DNA from: Candidatus Hermodarchaeota archaeon
Lineage (GTDB): Archaea > Asgardarchaeota > Heimdallarchaeia > Hodarchaeales > Hodarchaeaceae
NCBI GenBank assembly: GCA_048886185.1
Contig: JBHLKY010000031.1
Location: 7,886-39,885, forward strand
Direction: 5' to 3'
Length of the DNA: 32,000 nucleotides
The position numbers and the translations under genes are program-made. Under the pieces are notes generated by a model. It was not told the DNA's origin. It was given only the letters and a program-made list of their open reading frames with translations, and searched no databases. Below, piece after piece: positions 24,765 through 32,000 of the stretch. Numbering within the stretch: the stretch's first letter is position 1; each line of letters starts with the position of its first letter.

Positions 24765-25019
24765 TCATTCATTTTCTTGAAGTAGTTGTACAAGTTTGTT
24801 GGCAGGAAGGTACCGACCAGACAGCACTATTTTCCCATCAATGGCCAATGCTGGGGTAGCAGTAATTCCCCTTTTGATGACTTCGGCCATATCAGTGTTA
24901 TAGAGAATTTTTGCATCGTGCCAGCCTAATTTTTCAACTGCTTCTTCAGTACTTTTTTTCAATGCCTTGCATTTTGCACAACCTGGACCAAAAACTTCTA
25001 ACACTTTTGTCATATCCAT
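24765..25019 (-). CDS. thioredoxin family protein (MTH895/MJ0581-like small redox-active disulfide protein 2)
   Basis: LEVFGPGCAKCKAL...GITATPALAIDGKIVLSGR; GGAGG upstream. Confidence 0.92.
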   Translation of the reverse strand: MDMTKVLEVFGPGCAKCKALKKSTEEAVEKLGWHDAKILYNTDMAEVIKRGITATPALAIDGKIVLSGRYLPANKLVQLLQENE

Positions 25020-25058
25020 TAAACCTCCATTCTTTTGATTTATACATTACCTTTTATT

Positions 25059-26111
25059 TCACGAAACACGACTTGGTTGAGGACTTGGCAATTCAGTCTT
25101 GAAAAGATATTGCTTAAGCCACAGAGCCAAATACACTAATAATAATAATACAGGCACCTCGATCAGAGGCCCAACTACGGTTGCTAACGCCTGATCTGAA
25201 TCGATCTCGAAAGTGGCAATAGCGACCGCTATAGCGAGTTCAAAATTATTTGAAGCGGCTGTAAATGAGAGGGTAACTGTTTCGGGATATCTGAACTTTA
25301 AGAAAAACGAGAGTAGAAAGCTCATTAGGAACATCCCGATGAAGTAGATGAAGAGAGGCACAGCAATAAGCAAAATATCTAATGGTTGGCTAAGGATTTT
25401 TTCACCCTGCATAGAAAACATCGCTACCACCGTGAATAGCAAACCAATGATAGCTGTTGGGCCAAGTTTCGGAATGAAGACACTGGAGTACCAATCCTCA
25501 CCCTTTCGACGACGGAATACTTCTCTTGTTAAAAACCCAGCAATTAAGGGGATCCCTAAGAAAATAAAGACACTACGCGCAATATCGAAAATATCGATAT
25601 ACGTAATCCCAATGAAAATCCAGGCATAAATGGCATAGAAGAAGATTTGGAAGACACTGTTAAGAGCCACAAGGATGGCACATTTCTCGGCGTCTCCTCC
25701 AGCAAGCATATTCCAGATTAGAACCATTGCGATGCACCGAGCTAATCCAACGAGGATTATTCCCTCTCGGTACCCAGGATAATTAGCTAAAAATACCCAT
25801 GCCAGTAACGTCATGAAAATCGGGCCAATGATCCAGTTCTGAACAAGCGATGTGCCAAAGAGCTTATATTCTTGGAGTGCTTGAGGAATCTTCTCGTATT
25901 GCACCTTAGCTAATACTGGATACATCATCCAGAGCAGCCCAATGGCAATGGGGAGCGAGACAGAATCAATTTGTGCTTGACTGAAAAAATTCTGAATATT
26001 GGGTACTAGCCGATTCATGAATAGTCCTAGAACCATGGCTGCAATAATAAACACAGGGAGAAATTTATCTAATACTGACATCTCTTCTGTCACAGTTTTT
26101 GTTGTACTCAT
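25059..26111 (-). CDS. acr3: Acr3 family arsenite efflux transporter
   Basis: GLLWMMYPVLAKV, QNWIIGP, GLARCIAMVLIWN (essential Cys), NNFELAIAVA, VGPLIEVP. Probable ATG at 26111 (the listed ORF opens at TTG 26126). Confidence 0.96.
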   Translation of the reverse strand: MSTTKTVTEEMSVLDKFLPVFIIAAMVLGLFMNRLVPNIQNFFSQAQIDSVSLPIAIGLLWMMYPVLAKVQYEKIPQALQEYKLFGTSLVQNWIIGPIFMTLLAWVFLANYPGYREGIILVGLARCIAMVLIWNMLAGGDAEKCAILVALNSVFQIFFYAIYAWIFIGITYIDIFDIARSVFIFLGIPLIAGFLTREVFRRRKGEDWYSSVFIPKLGPTAIIGLLFTVVAMFSMQGEKILSQPLDILLIAVPLFIYFIGMFLMSFLLSFFLKFRYPETVTLSFTAASNNFELAIAVAIATFEIDSDQALATVVGPLIEVPVLLLLVYLALWLKQYLFKTELPSPQPSRVS

Positions 26112-26145
26112 TTTATTCAACCTCAATTAACAATCTCGTCATAAA

Positions 26146-27525
26146 TCACCATAAGCCAATTCCTTGACCTAAAACAAATCCGAAAATTAACCCAGCCAGA
26201 GTAGTAAATATTGTTACTAGGATAATGTAAAAAGCATTTCTCTTATCGCCCAAATATTTCCGAGTTACAAGAATACTCTGCAAAGACAATTCTGGATCTG
26301 CTAATAAATACGCTAACAATGGCCCACGAGCCATACCAAGATCCAAAAATATTCGGGCAATGGGTACCTCCATCAACGTGGGAAAGTACATAAACACACC
26401 AAATAGGACTCCAAGCAGATTTGCAAGAATAGTATTACGTCCCACCAGCGTTGCTACTAATTCAGGGGGAATAAAGAATTTCACAAAGCCAGCGATGACT
26501 ACTCCTACAATGATTAAAGGAAAAATGGACTTCACAAAGATCCACGTCTCGAAGAGCCATGCTCGAATGTCATCTGTGTCAAACTGGTTCCACACAAAAA
26601 GAAGTAATCCAAGAACCACTAGGCTTGTCAAGAGGAGTTTAATCATCATATTACTTATCGCGGGACTTATGATAACACCCAATAAATTAAGATCCTCAGA
26701 AAAATACGCAATTTGAGAGGTACCCGTCATTAATACATAGACTAACCAGAGAAACAGCACTAATTCCTTACTCGGGATTTTGAAGGTTAGAATAATAAGA
26801 ATCAGCAATCCCAAGAGAAAAATGATGGTTTGCAGAAGAGGAGGGGCCTGAAGAAGTGGAGAAATTATCGTTAACCCCGAAAAAAGAGTTTTACCCAGAG
26901 TGCTAATTATATTAGAATCTAAGGTAGCTAAAAATATCGAAGCGATTCCTAGTCCAATTATTAAGAGCATGTTTGACTTAGAAACCTCCATTTTGTTGGT
27001 TATACTAGGTTCCTGCGTTGTTGGATCTGTGGTGATACTGGCTGGATTAGTTGTGTGATTTTCATTTTGATCTATTTCCTTTCCAAAAACAGCTGCCAAA
27101 ATTAACCCTATAAGGATAGCAAAAAAGATTGCTAGAACCCCTCGTGCTATTGCAATGTCCATTCCCACAAGTGTTCCTGTATAAGTCAGTGCGAGAATGT
27201 TAATTGCAGGTGCAACAAACAAGAAAGTTATCGCTGGCCCCAACCCTGCTCCCCGTTTCCAAATACTCACAAATAACGGGAGAACTGTACAACTACAGAC
27301 TGCTAACAGAAAACCACCAGCCGTGGCCATAGGATAAGCTATTTTCGGGTCAGCATCTTTTCCCATATATCGTGTAATTAAGTCTTTAGGAATGAAATAA
27401 GCCATTGCTCCTGCAATAAAGAAAGCAGGAACAAGACACAGTAACACATGAAGAGAAAGATAATCTAGTAAAGTTGCTATTGCACTCTCTAGTGCTCCTT
27501 GAATCATTCCACCAATATCAACCAT
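26146..27525 (-). CDS. arsP: ArsP/DUF318 family permease
   Basis: HVLLCLVPAFFIAGA, AVCSCTVLPLF, GAGLGPAITFL..PAIN, GMARGPLLAYLLADPELSL; lies in an ars context. Substrate is not demonstrable from sequence. Confidence 0.85.
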   Translation of the reverse strand: MVDIGGMIQGALESAIATLLDYLSLHVLLCLVPAFFIAGAMAYFIPKDLITRYMGKDADPKIAYPMATAGGFLLAVCSCTVLPLFVSIWKRGAGLGPAITFLFVAPAINILALTYTGTLVGMDIAIARGVLAIFFAILIGLILAAVFGKEIDQNENHTTNPASITTDPTTQEPSITNKMEVSKSNMLLIIGLGIASIFLATLDSNIISTLGKTLFSGLTIISPLLQAPPLLQTIIFLLGLLILIILTFKIPSKELVLFLWLVYVLMTGTSQIAYFSEDLNLLGVIISPAISNMMIKLLLTSLVVLGLLLFVWNQFDTDDIRAWLFETWIFVKSIFPLIIVGVVIAGFVKFFIPPELVATLVGRNTILANLLGVLFGVFMYFPTLMEVPIARIFLDLGMARGPLLAYLLADPELSLQSILVTRKYLGDKRNAFYIILVTIFTTLAGLIFGFVLGQGIGLW

Positions 27526-27559
27526 GTATTTATCCTTCTTCTGATATTTTTTTCCATAT

Positions 27560-27594
27560 TATTTCGATATATAAACATATCGAAATATCGAAAT
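27560..27594. promoter_or_regulatory. probable ArsR operator overlapping the TATA box of the arsP-acr3 operon
   Basis: 11-6-11 inverted repeat TATTTCGATAT-ATAAAC-ATATCGAAATA (27560-27587) plus an extra half-site ATATCGAAAT (27585-27594). TTTATATA on the - strand at 27575-27568. Confidence 0.7.
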
Positions 27595-27705
27595 ATTTAA
27601 ATTAATAAGAAATAATAAAAATGATAGGCTAGAATATTAAAATCACTAGGAAATCTCTTTGGAGTGAATTTTGAAATTTAGAAATGAATTGAGGTCTATT
27701 CGAAT

Positions 27706-28092
27706 ATGAGCGTTTCTGTACTGGAAGAGAAATTAAAAGATCTACTAAACTCAGAATTGGTAGACTGGAAGTCTGTTTCGAATCGAATAGAGGAATTAAA
27801 GCTCCTTAAAAACAAGCTTAAGACCTTAAAGGAACAAACACAGTTCAAAGAATTCAGAAAACAAATAAAAGCTTTGAACCATACAGTTAGAATTCAAATT
27901 CTAACAGCTATAAATAATGGAGTAACTTGTCCTTGTGAACTTGAATATTTAACGAATCTTGCTCAGGCCACGGTGTCTCATCATCTCTCTCTGCTGGAAG
28001 ATGCAGATTTAATAACTCGAACCCGAGAAGGAAAAAGGACATTTCTCTCAATTAAGAATCAGGAAGTTATAGCCTCGTTCATTCCCTTTTAA
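27706..28092 (+). CDS. arsR: ArsR/SmtB family metalloregulator
   Basis: KALNHTVRIQIL, TCPCEL (CxC at helix 3), LAQATVSHHLSLLEDADLI..TREGK; divergent from the ars operon. Confidence 0.93.
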   Translation: MSVSVLEEKLKDLLNSELVDWKSVSNRIEELKLLKNKLKTLKEQTQFKEFRKQIKALNHTVRIQILTAINNGVTCPCELEYLTNLAQATVSHHLSLLEDADLITRTREGKRTFLSIKNQEVIASFIPF

Positions 28093-28099
28093 CTATTCA

Positions 28100-28120
28100 T
28101 ACTACTACTACTACTACTAC
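28100..28120. repeat. (TAC)7 microsatellite
   Basis: Perfect 21-bp repeat 8 bp after the arsR stop. Confidence 0.85.
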
Positions 28121-28366
28121 AATTAATCATCTAATTAAGAAATTCTGAAGCAAAAATAGGAAAAAAGGACCTAATTTTTAATTGAATTACCAATTATGAG
28201 ACTTTAGTTTCATGGATCTCATAAAAAATCCATTAATAGAGCATTTCAACAAAACATTGAAGGTTACGAGTCATAGAGTTCTTCAAACCAATTTTTGAAG
28301 GCGGAAAACCAATTTTCTAGGATTTGGTTAAAGATATTGAAAGTTGTTTTTATTAATAAATAATGA

Positions 28367-28561
28367 ATAAACTTTGAACTCGCAATTGCGATAGCCCAAC
28401 CCGCATTTGTTTCGATGCCTATGGTAGCTGTATTAACACTTGTTGGTTTCCTTATAGAGATTCCTGTCATGTTAGTTTTAGTCAAGATAGCACTCAGAAG
28501 AAGGAAACAACATGATATGAATCAAAAAGTTTCGCTAAATGGATCTTCAACGAAAATTTAA
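28367..28561 (+). pseudogene. acr3: C-terminal remnant of a second Acr3 transporter
   Basis: NFELAIAIAQPAFVSMPMVAVLTLVGFLIEIPVMLVLVKIAL aligns with NFELAIAVAIATF...LATVVGPLIEVPVLLLLVYLAL of the intact Acr3. In-frame TGA at 28364, no start. Not in the ORF track on this strand. Confidence 0.85.
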
Positions 28562-28703
28562 CATACTTTGTATGGTGTATAATTGGAATTATCCAATCTA
28601 TCCCAAGCTTCTCGAATTTTTTATCTATGAACGTTAATAAATTATACTAAATTTCATATAATTTTGTAGAAGAATTGTTTATCTATATGGTTCTATATTA
28701 AGT

Positions 28704-29369
28704 TCAAGCAACCCAAGAAGAGAGAGTTTCTAAACTTGTCAGTCCAACGTTTCTATGGGCTTCTGTATATTTTAGAGAAAAATGAATTACAGTAGGAATA
28801 TAGGTGACCTGTAGTCGAGTTGAAACGCCATAAATATCCTTAACAATTTTCCAAGGTATTTCGTTTTGTGTTTTATAAGCAGCAAGATGATTGAGATCTT
28901 CGGAAGATGCTGATATGACGACTATGTGAGAATATAATTCTGTAAACTCTTTGAGAATTTCAATCTGCTTTGCACATGGTTCACAATATGTTCCCATTAT
29001 ATCCAATATAATATGTTGGCCACTATACTGAAATAAATTAAAGTCTGTACCATCTATATCTTGAAATATTAATTTTAGTGTATCTGTTGAAGGATTTTCA
29101 TCTGTGGGTTCAGAGGGTTCATTGGAAGAAGAGTTTTGAGGGACAGTTGGAAATATCACCCCTAATCCTATGCTCGAAATTACTATAACAACTGCAACGA
29201 TGATGAAAATGTTTAAATTACTTTTTGATTTCAGTATTTTACTTTTTACTTCCTGTTCCATTCTGTTCTGGATACGATCTAATCCTTCAAGAACTTCCTC
29301 ATAAGACGTACTTTCTTCTCTCTTTCCTTTTGGAATTCTCCGTCTCTGTCTACGACTCAATTGAGCCAC
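28704..29369 (-). CDS. membrane-anchored TlpA/redoxin-like thiol-disulfide oxidoreductase
   Basis: One TM, then DIDGTDFNL, LDIMGTYCEPC (CxxC), VTYIPTVI. GTG start. Confidence 0.9.
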   Translation of the reverse strand: MAQLSRRQRRRIPKGKREESTSYEEVLEGLDRIQNRMEQEVKSKILKSKSNLNIFIIVAVVIVISSIGLGVIFPTVPQNSSSNEPSEPTDENPSTDTLKLIFQDIDGTDFNLFQYSGQHIILDIMGTYCEPCAKQIEILKEFTELYSHIVVISASSEDLNHLAAYKTQNEIPWKIVKDIYGVSTRLQVTYIPTVIHFSLKYTEAHRNVGLTSLETLSSWVA

Positions 29370-29382
29370 CTTATTATTTATT

Positions 29383-30255
29383 CTACTCTTTCTCGTCCTT
29401 ATGTTGGAATTCTTGATCCGATATTTCCATCTTTTTGATGTTTTTCAACCCATGTTGTCTAAAAAAGAAGATTAAGGCAACAGATGCGAATAAGAGGAGT
29501 AATATCACTAGTACTCCTGTAAGAGCGTCTCCATACAAGTGCCACCAAGGAGTTCCAGTAAACCGAGGTAATATCATTCCAATTCCAAAAATAACTAGGA
29601 GACAACCCATTCCAATATTAATGACATTATTTCTCGCAACAATCCATTGAGCAATTTGAATTCGAAATTCACTAGCAGAAAGTGCAAGAACATAATAGGG
29701 TAAGGCAAGACCTAAAGCGAATACTGGAAACCAAAATATCTCAAAAAATAAATTTTCTCCAGCTAGAATTAGTAAAGTTAAAGAGGCAAAAATTGTTCCT
29801 GCACAAGGTGCTGCAATTAAACAATATCCAAAACCTAAAACAAAAGCATCAAGGTATCTAACAGAGTTAATTCCTATGCTTAATTGAGGATTAGGTAATT
29901 TGGCACTAAGCTCACGTAATTTAGGAACCATCAGAAAAATACCTATCACTATTAATAAAACACCCATAATAGCATTTAGGTTTAGAAAATTTTGTCTCAA
30001 AAACTCTGAAAGGAGAGAAATCGCAAAAAATAGGAATAGAAAAGCCAAGATTTCACCTGAAACGAGTACTGTAGTTATTGTTAGTGTTTTCTTACGTGAA
30101 TCGGCACCAAACATGCGAATAAGCGAGACAGGAAGTATTGGAAACAAACAAGGGGATATTGCAGTGGCTAAACCACCTAGAAAGAAAATAATTAATCCAA
30201 TTTGATCTGGATCCACAAAACCGATTACAGGAATATAGATAGAAGCAAGATCCAT
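29383..30255 (-). CDS. ccdA: CcdA/DsbD-beta cytochrome c biogenesis / disulfide-transfer membrane protein
   Basis: GGLATAISPCLFPILP and IAAPCAG: the two conserved membrane Cys motifs; multi-TM; adjacent to TlpA. Confidence 0.92.
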   Translation of the reverse strand: MDLASIYIPVIGFVDPDQIGLIIFFLGGLATAISPCLFPILPVSLIRMFGADSRKKTLTITTVLVSGEILAFLFLFFAISLLSEFLRQNFLNLNAIMGVLLIVIGIFLMVPKLRELSAKLPNPQLSIGINSVRYLDAFVLGFGYCLIAAPCAGTIFASLTLLILAGENLFFEIFWFPVFALGLALPYYVLALSASEFRIQIAQWIVARNNVINIGMGCLLVIFGIGMILPRFTGTPWWHLYGDALTGVLVILLLLFASVALIFFFRQHGLKNIKKMEISDQEFQHKDEKE

Positions 30256-30320
30256 GTTTTTCTCACTTTAAGATATGGATTTGCACGGATATCATCCAAT
30301 TCGAATAATTTTAAAAATAT

Positions 30321-30348
30321 ATATCTAAATATTTCGATATATCTAAAT
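30321..30348. promoter_or_regulatory. cluster of half-sites related to the ars operator, upstream of ccdA
   Basis: ATATCTAAAT (30321-30), ATTTCGATAT (30331-40, identical to 27561-70), ATATCTAAAT (30339-48). Confidence 0.5.
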
Positions 30349-30504
30349 ATCTCAATTTAGAAAGATTTTTGCTCTATAAAGTTTTTTTAGTAAATCTTCG
30401 ATGACGGCATACACAGACTCGCCGAGAGAGGATTATTACGCTATGAAGAAGGAGAAAATAAAAAGGGAGTTCTTCCGCTATACAGAAGTCTATAAAGCTT
30501 TTTC

Positions 30505-31530
30505 ATGTCTGACTTAATTGTGTCACGTCTCAAGTCATTATTTCGAAGGTCAAGAAAATCTGAATCAACACAACTGGAAGCCGAAGAGGACACACAAACA
30601 GCTCAAAAAGAAGTTGATCGTGTATCTTCGAAACCTATAAAATCTACTAGAGGGTGGAGACGAGGAATAGCGCTTTTCAAACTCTATTTTCCCCTTGGTA
30701 TGTATCAACGCGGGTTAGAATGGCGTTTAGAGGACTCTTCATCTTCCGTATCTGATGAAAATAAACCAAATAATAGTGATCTACAGAATAAAGTGATTCA
30801 AATAAGAGAGAAACCCTTCCGTACTCGATTTGGATACTTTTGTTTTCGTACAATCCTTCAAAGTTTTGGATTAGGGATTGTTTTTACTGCTCCTATCTCT
30901 CTTCCGTGGATTTTCAACATAGTCATCCCATTTTCGTTAGATTTACTCCCATTCGGGTTATCTGAGATTATTCGTGAAATTATTAATAGAATTTTAGCAT
31001 TATTGTCACCACTTGGAGTGGTAGCCGATATCATCATGAACACTTCCAATTTTTTTGCCACGTACAATCCAATCCTTTTCTATGGAACAACACTCTGGAT
31101 ATTAAGCGAATTAGGATTTACCGATATCGAGGTCTTTGATGTAATCGAAAATTCGGAGAACATTGGAACAGGTTCCATGATGGAGCTCTTAGGTAATCAC
31201 TATCAATCCAAATTTGTCTTTATTCAAAGCGTTCTTGCACCTCTTCTGATCATAATTGCCTCATCTATATCCTTTTTTCTAGTCGTTCGTTCAGCACGCA
31301 GGATTATTTTTGAAATTCAAACAGAAAAAGAGCAAACGAAAAATATTGAAAAAACTAAGCGGACTCTAATTGGTTATTATCTTGATGAAGGGTACTCTCA
31401 AGCAAAATATACAGAGAATCGTGTTTCCTCATCATCAAAAATGATTTGGTTGGCCCGAATCACGAAATATGGCCCGCTAATCTCTGTTGTATTGCCTATT
31501 GCTCTCGCAATTGGATTTGTTCTAATATGA
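30505..31530 (+). CDS. hypothetical membrane protein (charged/disordered N-terminus, ~4-5 hydrophobic segments)
   Basis: 341 uninterrupted codons with TM-like stretches; no motif recognised. Confidence 0.8.
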   Translation: MSDLIVSRLKSLFRRSRKSESTQLEAEEDTQTAQKEVDRVSSKPIKSTRGWRRGIALFKLYFPLGMYQRGLEWRLEDSSSSVSDENKPNNSDLQNKVIQIREKPFRTRFGYFCFRTILQSFGLGIVFTAPISLPWIFNIVIPFSLDLLPFGLSEIIREIINRILALLSPLGVVADIIMNTSNFFATYNPILFYGTTLWILSELGFTDIEVFDVIENSENIGTGSMMELLGNHYQSKFVFIQSVLAPLLIIIASSISFFLVVRSARRIIFEIQTEKEQTKNIEKTKRTLIGYYLDEGYSQAKYTENRVSSSSKMIWLARITKYGPLISVVLPIALAIGFVLI

Positions 31531-31639
31531 CAATATGATCATATAACCAACTTTATACTACATTAGAACTATCATGATAAAAAGGGTGAAACACTCCCTC
31601 CCCACCCCAACCATTCACTGATTGACACAAATACTTTTT

Positions 31640-31900
31640 TTAGAGCTCTTCAACTTCGGGTGGGCTCTTACATCTGTCGGTTTCAGGATTATTGGGGGTA
31701 TAATCTATATGTTGGATGGATAACTCCTTTTCAAACAGCTCCTTACTGTCACTCATTCGAGTCCAAAACCCATTTGCATGAGCTCCGAAAGTCTAGTGAG
31801 GAACCGGGTCGCAGGAGCCCCAAGGGAGACCTCTTCATCAAACATCACAGTCATGCAGAGGAACATCGTAAAATTAAACGAGAGAATATTTGAGATTGCC
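31640..31900 (-). pseudogene. possible heavily decayed integrase-core (IS481/IS3-like) transposase fragment
   Basis: Across frameshifts: ...FDEEVSLGAPATRFLT / FGAH...SKELFEKELSIQHIDYTPNNPETDRCK, loosely like 'LTDxGxxF...F...LGIxH....P..PxTxGKxE'. Resemblance only. Confidence 0.2.
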
Positions 31901-32000
31901 CCCATGAAATCGCAAAGTGTATCTATATACAGACACAGAAGAGAAAAGAAGAATGCAAGTGCTTACAATAAAAGTATGTTATTATCCCTAACCCTCCGAC

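Noticed and set aside
28264-28485. Listed 73-aa minus-strand ORF
   Set aside because: Antisense shadow of the Acr3 remnant on the + strand.
1710-29650. Numerous short ORFs antisense to or overlapping real genes (e.g. 2419..2628, 3574..3888, 5109..5405, 10019..10394, 16766..17131, 21807..22139, 24433..24759, 25348..25629, 26360..26716, 29435..29650)
   Set aside because: Shadow frames of well-supported genes on the opposite strand, with no motifs of their own.
30395-30440. GATGACGGCATAC...GCCG as a fluoride (crcB) riboswitch or other ncRNA
   Set aside because: The 5' GGxGATGGxGTTCxCC element is missing and no stable fold is evident.
31660-31893. Listed 77-aa ORF as a real gene
   Set aside because: GTG start without context, no motif, and several competing open frames; treated as decayed sequence.
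1-32000. CRISPR array, tRNA, rRNA, intact IS or prophage genes
   Set aside because: No regularly spaced repeats, cloverleaf/rRNA signatures, or intact transposase, integrase or phage structural ORFs were recognised by eye; dedicated scans were not run.

Overview
AT-rich prokaryotic window, most likely archaeal and probably Asgard/Heimdallarchaeia-like (inferred from a TrmB regulator, PG[FW]-TM-basic C-terminal anchors and Asgard-style Ig-repeat surface proteins; not proven). It is an accessory region with four parts. (i) 1-9.8 kb: unrelated metabolic and membrane genes: tail of a surface protein, aldo/keto reductase, DFR-like SDR plus a fused membrane ORF opposite a TrmB regulator, Zn-finger/SAM-methyltransferase fusion, DUF2721, DUF998 and an intact CPBP intramembrane protease. 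(ii) 9.9-20.3 kb: two translationally coupled giant secreted proteins (1821 aa with DUF2341, a 568-bp perfect internal duplication, inserted cassette domains and Ig repeats; 1652 aa with an unknown N-terminal region and Ig repeats). (iii) 20.5-24.5 kb: a ~4 kb segment bounded by 63-bp direct repeats that copy the 3' end of a gene. It holds several gene remnants, an orphan secreted protein, an XRE regulator and an MBL hydrolase. (iv) 24.5-30.3 kb: an arsenic/redox cluster (arsR divergent from arsP-acr3-two small thioredoxin-fold genes, an acr3 remnant, ccdA-TlpA), followed by an orphan membrane protein. A 17-bp motif (TWACYWANCCAACGYKW) recurs five times, always intergenic and on the + strand, mostly just after stop codons. 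No rRNA, tRNA, CRISPR array or intact transposase/integrase was seen.
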